Notes: a model not told the origin generated them from the sequence alone. 64,000 bases of DNA from Chloropicon primus (GCA_023205875.1 CP060755.1:372001-436000); one strand, 5' to 3'; shown: positions 1 through 12,367, counted from the first letter of the stretch. Made by a program: numbers and translations.

Positions 1-31
1 GCGCCGACCGACTCGTTCCCCCCACCCCCAG

Positions 32-851
32 GCCAGTGATCACGGGCGAGGCTGTGATGTCCCTCGCGGTGAGCGAGCCTTACGCTGGCAGCGACGTCGC
101 AAACTTGAGAACCACTGCGGTCCGCCAAGGTGACCACTACGTCGTCAACGGCGAGAAGAAATGGATCACCGGAGGGTGCAAGGCCGACTTCTTCACGGTA
201 GCCGTGAGGACAGGAGGCCCCGGCTTCAAGGGAGTGAGCCTTCTCCTGATCGAGGGGAACAGAAAGGGCGTCTCCACCAGGAGGATGAAGACTCAGGGTT
301 GGTGGTGCAGCACGACGGCGTACATTACCTTCGACGAGGTGAGGGTTCCGGTTGGCAATCTCATCGGAGAGGAGAACAACGGCTTCAAGTACATCATGAA
401 CAACTTCAACCACGAGAGGTTCGTCTTGGGTGCCCAGGCCAACCGTTTCGCGAGAGTGTGCCTGGAGGAGAGCATCAAGTGGGCCAGGCAGAGGAAGACC
501 TTCAACAAGTCTCACATTGAGCACCAGGTGATCAGGCACAAAATTGCTGAGATGGCAAGGAGGGTGGAAAGCACCCACGCCTGGATCGAGCAGCTGGCTT
601 ACCAGTACCAGACAGGGCAGTCCGATAGCAAGTCTCTCGGAGGAGCGATCGCGTTGATGAAGGTTCACTCGACGAAGAACTTCGAGTTTTGCGCGCGAGA
701 GGCGAGCCAGATCCTCGGGGGCTCGAGCTACGTGAGAGAAGGAAAGGGCCAGATGATCGAGAGGCTTTACAGAGAGGTCAGGGTCAGCGCAATTGGCGGC
801 GGGTCGGAGGAAGTCCTCATCGACATGGCTGTCAGGCAGGCCAAGCTTTAA
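32..851 (+). CDS. Acyl-CoA dehydrogenase, last exon (5' part outside the window), C-terminal PTS1-like AKL
   Basis: ACAD motifs SLAVSEPYAGSD, VNGEKKWITGG, RKTF, ERLYREVRVSAIGGGSEE; pyrimidine tract plus CAG acceptor ending at 31. Confidence 0.92.
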
Positions 852-1017
852 GAGAGACCGGTCTTTCTCCAGCTATTTTATGACCTGGCGACGGCCGACG
901 AAGCCACTCGTCGTCATATTGAAACCAGAAGAAAACTGATAGGTGATGGTGATTATCTAATACAATTTAGGAGGGATTTTCTTATTAAAATTGCCATGGG
1001 CAACAACTGTTTCTCGT

Positions 1018-1749
1018 CTATTCCTCTGGGTTGTAGATGTGTCCCTTGCCGTTGACATAGACGCCATCCAAGAACTTTCTAATGTCCTTGGCCCTCACGA
1101 GGCAGCACGAGTGAATCTGAGCAGCGGATCTAGAGACATTCTCGATGTCGTTTCCTTCCAGGACGAGCTGGTCCTTGACGCCCTTGTCCTTGGCGATGGT
1201 GACTCCATCAAGCATCTTCACAATCCTGACCCTCTTCTCACCCAAAAAGTTTCTGATTTCGATGGTCTTTCCCGCGTCCTCGATGGTCACGTTGATGGGG
1301 AAATGAGCGTAAACAAGCCTCATGGTGTATCTGTAACCCCTAGTCACTCCCAAGAACAGGTTGTTGACATGGGAGACAACAGTTCTAGTTCCAGCGATCC
1401 TCTTGCTAGTTCCGTGCCAGACCTCGACCTTGACGTGTGGCTTGCCGTCGACCTCGGTCTTGAACAAGTCGACCTGCAAGTGGCTCAAGTCCTTCGTGAG
1501 CGTTCCTGCAAACGTGGGAGTCGGAGAGAAAGGAAAACCAAAGTGTGAGTCCCTCATGCATCTCTTATAGCACAGGAATAGGAAGGAGAAACGACAAGAG
1601 AAAGAACGAGGCGTTGGGTTCCTTGGCAGCTCTTGGTGCGAACGGCAGTGCCCACCCCTCGGCGGACCCCCCCCCCCCCAAGGAAGCGCCGCCCCTCCCC
1701 CACGGTCCCCAACCCTCTCCCTCCGTGTCCTGGCCCAAAGCGAAGGAGG

Positions 1750-1784
<35 letters not shown>

Positions 1785-1890
1785 AAAAAGACGTACCTCT
1801 TGGTCCCTTGACAGTGACGACCTTGGACTTGATGTCACACTCGACATCCTCAGGGATCTCGATCTCCCTCGTGTTGTAGATCTGCTTCAT
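1018..1890 (-). CDS. RPL9: 60S ribosomal protein L9 (uL6); exons 1890-1797 and 1505-1018, 193 aa
   Basis: VTVKGPRG, MRLVYAHFPINV, IRNFLGEK, KDIRKFLDGVYV; GTACGT...TGCAG intron 1796-1506 (291 nt, in frame). Confidence 0.96.
1751..1784 (+). repeat. (CGAACA)5 microsatellite in the RPL9 intron
   Basis: Read directly. Confidence 0.9.
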
Positions 1891-2708
1891 GGTTGCCTTA
1901 AGTCTCTTAAGTCGTAGCCGCGACCCTTGTCTCTCTCTCCTCTCTTGCCTTTTCCTTCCCCGGCGCTTCTCGCCTCTTTCCAGCCGCCGACAAAATTCCC
2001 CCTCTTGCGGAGCGTAGAAATCCCTTCTTACCAACCCCCTCCAAAAAAAAACAAGCGCGAGCGCGAAAAAACAAGGGATTTCTACACGCCGTCCGGCGGC
2101 GCTATTTTATCAGAGACGTTACCCGAAATTTCTCAAAGAGGAGAGAAGAAAAGCCCCGGGGCCTTTTTGGTTTGGGTATTGGGCGTATCTTGGGGAGAAT
2201 TGACGTCAATCGCAGAGGACGAACCCCTGGTTGGTTGGTTTTTTTGTCTCCTCAACACAAACTAATCCAAGATTCTTGGACCCAAGAAAGACCGCATCCC
2301 CTTGTTTCTTTCTTTCTCTTTGGGTCTTTCTTTCTTTCTCCTATCATCCCTTCATCTTGGTCTCCCACTCAAGAGAGGAGGCGGAGGCCAAGACCAGGAG
2401 AGAGAGAGAGAGAGACCTAAAGCAAGACCTAAGGTCCTGTGTTCCTGACACGAGTCAAGCCTTGCCTTGACTGGGACAAAACCCTTTTCGTGCTTCTGAA
2501 ATGCGCCCTTTGGAACACAGCAATACATACTGCGCTGGGGTTTAGGGGGGAAACAAGGAGACACAACAACAACACGACAAACAGGAAGACAAGCAATTCT
2601 TCATTTCCTGTCCCAGTCTCGTCTCTTTGCTTTGACCGAACAGGGGAACCGAACGGAACGAGAGGGTTGGAGATTGACTTTGAGGGGTTTGACTTCTGCA
2701 GCGACACC

Positions 2709-4067
2709 ATGAGCAAGCAATCGAAAGAGGAGCACCAGAGGCACATGAGGATCCTGCAGAGGTTGCTCAAGAAGCCTGAAAACGCTTTGTGCGCGGACTG
2801 CCCCAGCAGGAGCCCTCGGTGGGCGAGCATCAACCTCGGCGTGTTCATCTGCATCACCTGCTCGGGAATCCACAGAGGCCTTGGCGTCCACATCTCCAAG
2901 GTGAGGTCCACGAACTTGGACACTTGGTTCCCGGAGCAGGTGGACTTCATGACGAAGATGGGAAACAAGAAGGCCAACGCCTATTGGGAGGCACAGTGTG
3001 GCCCGGACTTCAAGAAGCCCGGCGAGCAGGACAGGAGGAACTTGGAGGACTACATCAGGGCGAAGTACACTCGCAGCAAGTACGCAGACCCGGAGGCCGT
3101 GGCCCCGACGTACGAGAACTTCATCGCGGGGAAGGTGAAGCTGGAAGCGGAGGCGCCAGCGCCAGCACCGGTCCAGAAGGCGGCCGCGCCGGCTTTCTCG
3201 CCACCAATCCCGCAGCAGCAGAGCCAGCCGGCGGCAGCTCCTGCTCCAGCGGCGGGCGGTTTGAACGAGTGGGCGGACTTCTCCTCCGCCGCTACGCCTA
3301 CCACGAGCCAGCAGCCCGTTGAGGACCCCTTCCAAACGGCAGCCGCGCCTGCTGCCACCCCGGTCTCGGCACCGGTGGATTTATTCGCAGCACCCGCGGG
3401 GCAGCCTGCCCAGGCCGTGCCTGCAGCCGCTCCCGCGGCAGCGCCGGTGGATCCGTTTGCTAGCCAAGTTCCGGCGTCCCAGCCTGCCGCGGCGGCCACG
3501 ACCCCCGCGGCTTCTCCAGCTCCTGCCTCGGATCCTTTCGCGAACAGCTCTGGGTTCGACTCTTTGATGACCTTCGAGAGCTCTGCTTCGCAAGGCCAGG
3601 CTGCTGCTGCTGCTGTGACAAAGACGCTGACGGACGACATCATGAAGAAGTTCGACGAGGCGGCAGGCGGAATGCAAGCGGCGGTGCCCCCCCAAGGAAT
3701 GGGAATGGGAATGGGTAACGTGAGCATGAACATGGGCATGGGCATGGGGGGCTTCCAGATGCCGAACCAGCAACCTGGGTTTGGGATGCAACAGCAGCAG
3801 CAGCAGCAACAGCAGCAGCAATTTGGTATGATGCAGCAGCAACAACAGTTTGGAGGCATGATGCCCCAACAGCAGCAGTTCGCGGGAGGTATGCAGAACT
3901 CCATGCCCATGGGAGGAATGGGCATGCCACAGTTCCAGCAACAGGGTATGGCGTCTTACCAGATGCCTCAAGGGTACCAGGTTCAGCAACAACCAGTACA
4001 ATTTCAGAACCCAAATGGAATGCAGCAGCCCGGGATGCAACAATTCAACTTCCACCAAAACAACTAA
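2709..4067 (+). CDS. ArfGAP (SMAP/AGD5-like) with DPF/WxxF motifs and a Met/Gln-rich tail
   Basis: CADC-x16-CITCSGIHR zinc finger, LGVHISKVRS, YIRAKY; three DPF motifs; TGTAA at about 4145. Confidence 0.93.
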   Translation: MSKQSKEEHQRHMRILQRLLKKPENALCADCPSRSPRWASINLGVFICITCSGIHRGLGVHISKVRSTNLDTWFPEQVDFMTKMGNKKANAYWEAQCGPDFKKPGEQDRRNLEDYIRAKYTRSKYADPEAVAPTYENFIAGKVKLEAEAPAPAPVQKAAAPAFSPPIPQQQSQPAAAPAPAAGGLNEWADFSSAATPTTSQQPVEDPFQTAAAPAATPVSAPVDLFAAPAGQPAQAVPAAAPAAAPVDPFASQVPASQPAAAATTPAASPAPASDPFANSSGFDSLMTFESSASQGQAAAAAVTKTLTDDIMKKFDEAAGGMQAAVPPQGMGMGMGNVSMNMGMGMGGFQMPNQQPGFGMQQQQQQQQQQQFGMMQQQQQFGGMMPQQQQFAGGMQNSMPMGGMGMPQFQQQGMASYQMPQGYQVQQQPVQFQNPNGMQQPGMQQFNFHQNN

Positions 4068-4190
4068 AAGACAAACACTTTTGGGGTGTGCGCTTTTTGA
4101 ACAAAACGACTCGGTGGAGAGGAAGAGTCTCTTCTTCTGGCCAATGTAATACTATATAACACATTTTTATGATCTGCATTCTTTCAGGCG

Positions 4191-6086
4191 CTACTCCTTC
4201 TTCGTCTCGGCGTCCATGTAGTCCTTCCATTCCCCGTACGACAGGTCGTGGTCCATTTTGTTGTTCCACTCAAAAGTTTGCGCTCCAATGCAGACCGTGT
4301 CTCCATGCTTGATCCCTTGCCTCTTCAAGGCGTTGTACAGGCCCGATACCTTGATAATCTTTCGGAACCTCTGCCACGCTTGATAGTATTGCCAGTCCGT
4401 CATTTGGACGTAACTCTCAAAGGCTCTGCCCTTGACAAGCCACGTCCTTGTCGCGCCTTCGAAGTGCAAGGTGAAGTCACTGAAGTCCCTGCGGGTCGTC
4501 GCCTTGTCGGCCTCTCTTTTGAGCTTCTTGTACTCGGAGGCCCTGTCTAACTCGTCTTCCGGTGGTCCAAAGCCATCTTCCACAAAGCCCCCATACGTGG
4601 AGCCAAACTCCTGCTCTTGCTCCTTGGTAAACCGAAGGAGCACAGAGTCCACAGACTTGAGCAAAGGGTCTATTCCTTGCCTGGCAGCAGCGCTGATGGT
4701 GTGCAGCTCGATGCCATTCTCCGTCAGGTACTCCTGCAAGTCACGGGTTCTGTCCAGAACTCCAGGAATATCAATCTTGTTTATCGCCACGATGAAATCC
4801 TTGGCGGCCAAGGATTCGCTGAACAAGTCGAGCTCTGTTCTTATGGCGTGGAAATCTCCCAAGGGGTCTGGGCTGTCTCCATCAATCACCTGCACGAGCA
4901 CGTTGCACCTCTCGCAGTGCCTGAGGAACTCTTGCCCCAGACCAACCCCAGTATGCGCTCCTTCCAGCAGGCCAGGAACATCCGCAAAAACAATGCTCTT
5001 GTAACCCAACTTGTCGCACACTCCGAGGTTCGGCACCAGAGTCGTGAAGGGGTAATTCGCGATCTTTGGCTTCGCATTGCTCAAAGAAGCAAGGAGCGTG
5101 CTCTTTCCCGCGTTCGGAGCACCGACGATGCCAACATCGGCAACGAGCTTGAGCTCCAGCTCAAACCACTCCTCTATGCCTTCCTCGCCGCTCTCGGACA
5201 GCCTCGGGGTCTTGTTGGTGGAGCTCCTGAACGACGCATTTCCCCTCCCGCCCCGCCCCCCGTGAAGAAGAAGCTTTCTCTCCCCCTCCCGAAGAAGCTC
5301 TAGCGAACCAAGCTGGTCCAGCTCAGAGAGGTTTGCTTCCGAGTTATCAAAAGACACCGTTTCGACCTCGGACACGTCGCTGTACCCAAAGCCACCCGTG
5401 GCGCCTCCGCCTTCGTGCTCGTCCCCCCCCTCGATGCGGGAAAAGCCAGGTCCCATCCCAGCTTTCCTGATGATCGTGCCGATGGGGACTTGTATCTCCA
5501 CATCTTCCCCGGCAGCTCCTGCGCAGTTCCTTCCCTGTCCCGGCGCCCCCTTCTTGGCGCGAAAGTGGATCTTGTTCCTGAACGAGCTGAGAGAATTCAG
5601 GCCCTTGGCGGCCACAACCCACACGTGGCCCCCTCTCCCCCCGTTCCCCCCGTCCGGACCCCCTCTCGGGACATACTTCTCCCTCCTGAAGGACACTTGG
5701 CCGTCTCCCCCCTTCCCCGACTGAGCACATATCTTCGCCGTGTCGAAGCACCTCACCTCCGCTGGCACGCTCCTCCTCTCGCGCGCTCGCGGCGCCTCCT
5801 CCGCTTCGAACCCGCCGCCACCCCCAAAGTCCCAGTCCTCGTACTCGTCGTACTTCCCTTGACCCCTCCTCTCATCACGAGAGCTCAACGCCTTCAAGGC
5901 AGAGCCCGCAGCATCCCTCCTCCTCGTCGTCGTCGCCGCAGTGCGGAAGAACAGTCCGTGAACAAGGTTGCCGCACGGGTGGGGCCTCGTGACGCTCACC
6001 GAGGACCTCAGGCATCTCGACTGGTTCAGGGCGAGCACCTTGGCGCTCGCCTTCACCTTGGCAGCGAGCTCGAGCGCAGACATCAT
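4191..6086 (-). CDS. obg: Plastid-type Obg/CgtA GTPase with a C-terminal OCT (DUF1967-like) domain
   Basis: FRREKYVPRGGPDGGNGG, GAPNAGKS, YPFTT, DVPG, NKID; transit-peptide-like N-terminus. Confidence 0.93.
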   Translation of the reverse strand: MMSALELAAKVKASAKVLALNQSRCLRSSVSVTRPHPCGNLVHGLFFRTAATTTRRRDAAGSALKALSSRDERRGQGKYDEYEDWDFGGGGGFEAEEAPRARERRSVPAEVRCFDTAKICAQSGKGGDGQVSFRREKYVPRGGPDGGNGGRGGHVWVVAAKGLNSLSSFRNKIHFRAKKGAPGQGRNCAGAAGEDVEIQVPIGTIIRKAGMGPGFSRIEGGDEHEGGGATGGFGYSDVSEVETVSFDNSEANLSELDQLGSLELLREGERKLLLHGGRGGRGNASFRSSTNKTPRLSESGEEGIEEWFELELKLVADVGIVGAPNAGKSTLLASLSNAKPKIANYPFTTLVPNLGVCDKLGYKSIVFADVPGLLEGAHTGVGLGQEFLRHCERCNVLVQVIDGDSPDPLGDFHAIRTELDLFSESLAAKDFIVAINKIDIPGVLDRTRDLQEYLTENGIELHTISAAARQGIDPLLKSVDSVLLRFTKEQEQEFGSTYGGFVEDGFGPPEDELDRASEYKKLKREADKATTRRDFSDFTLHFEGATRTWLVKGRAFESYVQMTDWQYYQAWQRFRKIIKVSGLYNALKRQGIKHGDTVCIGAQTFEWNNKMDHDLSYGEWKDYMDAETKKE

Positions 6087-6244
6087 CGCTCCGTCTTACG
6101 CGTTTCACTTTTTGGATAACGAGGAGAGCTCAAAGGTGAAGGGGGAAACGGTTGAAGGACACCAAGGTAATTGGAGGCCTCGGCGCAGGAAGAAAGAATG
6201 ACACACGTCGTTACATGATACACGGAAGTGGTTTACAAGTTTAG

Positions 6245-7662
6245 TTACTGGTTTTCGTTGGCGTGGGCCAGCATGTTTTCCAACTCTTTGAGTTCCTCCT
6301 CCTCCTCTTCCACGTCAAGGGGGTCGTCGAGTGGCTCTGACTTGTCGTCGCTTTCGAGGCTTTGGATCTCGTCAAGGAGCGTCCGGACGTCCTCCCAGCA
6401 GCCATCGCAAGAGTCCAACAAAGCGACCACCAATTCGGGGAGGATTTCGAACCCAAGCGAGTGCCTGTGCGCGGTCTGGCTGACCACGGTGTGCCATAAG
6501 TGGGACACTTCCCCCGTGTCCCCGATCGTGCGGGTGTTCTTGAAGAGCCTGACTGCCCCATGGTAGTCCGGAACACTCATCAGCTTCCCGTCAGGCAGAA
6601 GGTACTTGAACGAGGAGCCCCCATTCCTGTCGGTGCTTATGAGGTACAGGCGGTAGGGCACGCCGTTATTGTCGTACTTGTTGGTGTGCCACATGAGGAA
6701 CCCCTCTGGAGGCATGTAATTAAAATTCTTGACGAACGTGAGCTTCTGCATCTGGTGCTCGTCTCCCTCGAAGCCGAGGCCCGCCACGACTCTCCGATAC
6801 TCGTCGCTCAAGTCCCCATTCTCCTTCGTGTTCCAGTGCGTGATCCCTCGGAAGACCTTTTGCTCAATCTGGAGCTTCGAGTTCCCCCTGCGAAGGACGT
6901 CTTTCACGATGCTTTTCTTCCCGTCGTACTCGCACAGGCAGCACTGGGGGGTCTTGCACGCGGTGCAACACCCGTACTTGGCATTATTGTCGCACGTAGG
7001 CTCCTTGAGATCCCCGGTAATGTTCCTGTGCTTCATCTTGTACAAGAACTCCTTGTCGTTGTAAAACTCCTTGTCGAACTCGCCAGACAAGCTGTCCTGG
7101 TAGTAATGGTCGCAGCTCTTGTCGTAGTCCCCCATTCTGAGGGACTTGACGAAGTACTTTTGGGCCTTCTCGAACTCGGAGAAGAGCCTTTGCAGCACGG
7201 GCACTCTGGAAACGTTCACCTCAAAAATTCTTTGCGCCAGAACAGCGTCGACTAATCTCATCTTTTCCTCGAAGAGAACCTTTTCCATGTCCTGCGTCGG
7301 GTCAACGAACTCGTGCTCTGCTATGGGCTCCGCTTCCAGCCCCCCAAGCTCTGCTCCTGCTTCGTCCCCGAGGGCTCCTTCCACATTGGTCCGGTCCACG
7401 TGAGCCTGGACTTCCTCCGCGTCCATGTCTTCGTACCTCCCCGCCTGTCCCATGAACTGGCCCCACGAGGTCACCGACGTCTGGTACACCATCAAGCATA
7501 CCACGAAAGCCAAGACCGAGGGAACAAGCCGGCTCCTGGTGCGAGCGAGAAACAAAACCAGCAGAGTTGTCGTTGATGATGTTGATGAGTTGTGAGTAAC
7601 CAGACTTCAGCAAGATGACTGCCAACTTACCTCTTGCCACCACCCAAGCGCTTCTCCCGCAT
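6245..7662 (-). CDS. Type II membrane protein with a Cys-rich segment and a C-terminal 2OG-Fe(II)/cupin-like domain; exons 7662-7631 and 7535-6245
   Basis: GTAAGT...CAG intron 7630-7536 joins MREKRLGGGKR to the TM segment; motifs YMPPEGFLMWHTN, HLWHTV, RHSLGF. Confidence 0.75.
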
Positions 7663-7812
7663 CTTTCTCGGTTCTTGCAGTCCAACCAACGCCCAGAGAT
7701 CCTCAAACCGGGTCCACACCCCCACGCCTCACCCTAACACCGCACCCTCTGTCCAACGCCTCGCTCTGTCCTGAACTCTGTTGTCTCTTGCTCAGTGGAT
7801 TGGGTTGAGGGC

Positions 7813-7850
7813 AAGAGAAAGAGAAAGAGAAAGAGAAAGAGAAAGAGAAA
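7813..7850 (+). repeat. (AAGAGA)~6 microsatellite in a divergent intergenic region
   Basis: Read directly. Confidence 0.9.
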
Positions 7851-8017
7851 AGCTTGTTCGTTCCTTGGACAGAGCACGAGGCAGGAGGACATCAAACGAC
7901 CGAATGTCCCTTGTCCTCTTGCGCGGTTGGCCTTGCTCTCGCTCTCGCTTCTTCTCTCTGGGTAATGATAAAATTTTGTCCGCGGGGGTGGCGGGAAGAA
8001 GGAGAAGGAGAGGAGCG

Positions 8018-9776
8018 ATGGCGATGGCGATGGGGGGAGGTCCGAGGAGTACGAGGCACTTGGGGAGGTCCGCGGGTTGCAGATCCGTTGCTTTTACGGG
8101 CGGGGGAACCGGGGGGCGGGGGTGGAGCCGACCTTTAGCACGGACGAGGAGGGTGTGTCCCAGAGCCGTGATCGTGGAGGACTGGCCACATAGAGTGGAG
8201 GTAAGCTTCGTGCGTGCGTGTTTGTTCGACATCGGTCTCGCCCCGCATTGCACCCTCGCAAGTCGATCCGTGGACTGACGTTCCCGCGTCTTGCCTGTTG
8301 GTTTCCCTTCTCTCGTCCCGGACGATGATGATCATGATCACCATCATCTTTTCGTTCGAGCAGGAGTTGCTGGCCGTTTCGAACGCGGTGTGCCTGTTTG
8401 CCATGCTGGGGCGGCAGTCCGCGGCCACGGGTGGGCTTGGCGTGTTCTGGCGAGGCCTGGGTTTCGGTGACAAGGAATTTGGAGGGTCTGGGGGCGAGGG
8501 GTGGGAGAAGGAAGTTGGGAGCTCGAGGGGCTCGAGTAGGCCGTCCACTACTGGAGAGCCCAGTGTCGCGGAGCAGCACGCGGCGAGCGAGGCTCGTGCC
8601 GGGGTCGTTGCCCTCTCTGGTGAGGAGGTATGGGAACGGCTTGGACACAACTTTGGCGGCACTGGGCGGGGCGACTTGTGTGCCGGAGAAGAAGCCCTGC
8701 TTGGTAAAAGCACGGGGGGGAGCGGGGATCTGCCCAAGCTGGTGCTTCAGTGCCTGAAGCCTTCTGAGAGGAAAGTCCTGCTGCAAATTTCGTACGAATC
8801 CCTGAAGCGGAAACTCTTGGAGCTCAAAACCCTTGAGGGTGGAAAGGAGGGGGAAAGCTTCGAGGAGGTGTGCTCTCAAGTCCTTAACAGCTGCGTGAAA
8901 GACGCCGCCGAACGGTGGTTGGGCTACTCTCTGGATACCAAGTGGATGGAATACGGAAGGGAAAAGGAAGTGGCGAAGAGTGGGAAGCCAGAAGAGCAGT
9001 CGTGGACCGTCCTAAATCTCTTGCAGGAGGACAAGCGATTCCTGTACACATCCGCTTTGCGTTACTTGACCGACGAGGGAAATTGCTTTGACGACTCGAG
9101 CCTTAACATGTCCAAGGGCTGGGTGAGCAGTGCAGGGGCAATCATGGGAGCATGCTCGAACATATTGGAGGACTGTATAGTAATGATCGCGGAGACAATT
9201 GCTGATGCATACCTTGAGGAGGTCTGCCAGGGCAAAGCAAGTTATGTCTCGCCCGCCACTGCGGAAAAGGAACCTTTTGCGTTTGCGCTCGACGCTACCC
9301 TGGTCCACCCAGTGCTGAGCAGCACCCGGAAGATCGAGCGCTTCAGGAACCAAGTTGGACTCTACAGGCTCCTCTACAAGTATTTCTTTTCTGTCCAGTC
9401 CATTTATGAAGACAAGTACAGACTGTGGAGCGTCTCGAGGGAGGCTGGGTTGATTGCGCAGAAGACTATTTCGCTGAAGAGGGCAGCGGATCTAAGAGGG
9501 CTCACTGGGGTCAGGAGGGCGTACGGTCTTCTTCTAGAAGCTTCAGACGTGGTTCTTCCGATTGCTAGAAGGCTCTTTGACTTTGCGCAAGAAGGCATTC
9601 AACATCTTTTGGTTCTCGTGATTGGCAGGAGTTTAGGCCTCATCCTTAGAGGAGTAAGAGAGAGTCTGAAGGGCACGGCTGCCATTGGAAGGAAGGCGGA
9701 AGGGACAAACAAAGACAATGGAAGCGAAAAAGGATTTCCCTTGATGCAGGAAGATTCCTTCTCCTTTTCGTACTAG
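8018..9776 (+). CDS. DUF3685/Ycf55-like plastid protein; exons 8018-8200 and 8364-9776
   Basis: STRKIERFRNQ, SIYED, LLLEASDVVLP, VIGRSLGLILRGVRESL; phase-0 intron GTAAGC...CTGAC...CAG; start ATG uncertain. Confidence 0.75.
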
Positions 9777-10075
9777 TAATAAATGGAGGCGTACTTCGAG
9801 GGTAAGGCGTACTCCACCAGGATCTACAAATCAATGCATGCACAATATTTCACACTACTACTACCTGTCCTAGCGGGGGACGAGATCGGTGAGAAGGTGG
9901 GGAGGAGCAAGGCCAGGAGGCAGGAGCAAAGGTTCGATTGTTGTTGTTTTCCGATTTCTCAAAGGGTTTATTTATAGTCTAATACTCTACAGAAAGATCC
10001 TATCGATTCACAAAGATTCTGAAAGCAACAAACACTCTTCATGTTAAACGCCGCGCGTGTCCACAGTCCACCAAG

Positions 10076-11393
10076 TCACTTGAGGTAGTACGTCTTGGAG
10101 ACCTCTTCTCCGCTCTGCTCCCCCGAGCAAGCTCTGTGCGAGATCTTCACGTCGTACAGACGCCAGTTCGCTTTCTTCCTGGTCATCTCTATTTGGCCCT
10201 GGACCTTGCTGGCGCCGGTCAGATCGATGGGAGGGTGCACGATGAACCCTTCGTGGCTCCAGTGAGCCTCGTCGTTGTACGGTCCCGTGTCACACTCCAC
10301 TTGGACTAGAGAGGGGTTGTCCGGCGACCCATTGAATTGAACCGCGAACCAGCCGACCCAAAGATCGAAGTTCCTTCTCTTCTCCTTGTCCATGCTGGGA
10401 TCCAAATCGATGCAGAAGCTCTGGCTCACGCCCTTCACGTCATCATGAGTTGCGGTGAGAAGATCAATTTCCTTTACCGCCACGGGAGGTCCGAGCAACT
10501 CGTTCGCCTCGAGGTGCACGCTGCAACTCGAGTGCAGGGCGAGCTCTCGCACCTCGTCCTTGTACATGTCCGACAGGCACGTCAAGTCGATCTCGCATTC
10601 GTTGAACATGTAATCTTTCACCTCGTCGAACTCCTCGAGAGATTCGTGGTGGGCTTCCACTCTGCTCTCGCCGTGCCTGGACGAAGAAGCTGCGGCGAGG
10701 AACATCTTGCAGTGGGAAGGGTAGATGGCTCCGGTGCTCTTCAGGAACTTGTCCCTCGCAAGGATTACGTTGTCTATCATGGACTCCTGCAGGAGGAAGT
10801 GGCCCATGAAGTCGGATACGATGATATCCACCTTCTCTGGCAGGTCCGCCTCCTCCACGCAGCACTCGAGCACGGTCACGACGTCTTCCAGGCCGTGAGC
10901 TCCCACCAGCTTCCTGGCGTGCTTGGTCGCATTCGTGGCCTCCACGGCATACACCTTTCTGGCCCCGGCTCTGGCAGCCAAGATGGAGAGAACCCCGGTC
11001 CCGCAGTCAACGTCCAGGACCACTTTACCCGAAAAGTTGTCCTTGTTCTCGTCTATTGCTGTCCGGTAGGCGTCCATACGGACGGGGTCGTACAGCATAT
11101 CCATCTGACTTATGAGGTAGCCGTAGGAGAAGAAGTAGTTGGAGTCCTCGAGTGCAGTTACCTTTCCGTCCCAGTGCAAATCTTTCCCACTTCCCCCCGT
11201 TTCTCGCTTGTTCTGCCTCTCAGACCTCCCTGTCTGCAAGTTCGGACGCAATCTCCCGCTCAGGCTTGCACAAACCTCAGCACATGTATTACCGAACCAT
11301 TGCTGACCAGCCAGGTTCTCAACACAAAGAGCTACGTACGTCTACAGCATTGCCAAACAAACCCTCGTTAACAGTGCTAACTTTGCGACCCAT
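10076..11393 (-). CDS. PRMT10: Protein arginine methyltransferase, PRMT10-like, with divergent motifs; exons 11393-11340 and 11233-10076
   Basis: DMLYDPVRMDAY, AGARKVYAVEAT, LPEKVDIIVS, YPSHCKMFLA; phase-0 GTACGT...CAG intron 11339-11234. Confidence 0.82.
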
Positions 11394-11861
11394 GCGAACT
11401 GCGCGACCAGTGACAGTGACGATGATGATGGCGATTATGGTGATTATGGTGATGATGGTGATGATGGCGCACGATGTTTCATTTCGTTCGTTCGTATTGT
11501 TGTGGGTTGGTACGACAAGGAGAGTAGATTGTCCCAACCTGGTCACCCGAGAGGTTAACTACGTTTCTATCCGACTCGACAACGTGTTTAAAAAGCGCAA
11601 AAGCTTGATCTCAGATCCTGGCGCGGCTACAGAGCCACAGATCTAGAACGGTGTTAGCTTGCGCAAGGGACTCCTTCACCGTAGTATGAACGCGGTCTAA
11701 AGTGAAACGACGCAAAACATAATATCCTAATTGCCTCTGATATAGACTTTTGGGGTTGAATTGCTGAAACGACGGTTTCCCCGTGAGACCGAGTTGACAG
11801 GAAACCGAAGACAAAGAAAAACTTTCCTTTTTTTTTTTCCTTTCTTTCCGGGAGAGTATAG

Positions 11862-12260
<399 letters not shown>

Positions 12261-12367
12261 GCCCTTCCGACCGCGGGTCTGGATCCAGCAGACCCCCCAC
12301 ACACAAATTGTATTGTTCAAAGAAGAAGAAGAACAATTCAAAAGAAAAAAAACAATATTTACCAAAC

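Noticed and set aside
1018..2034. 338-aa extended RPL9
   Set aside because: Artefact of reading through the 5' leader and an in-frame intron.
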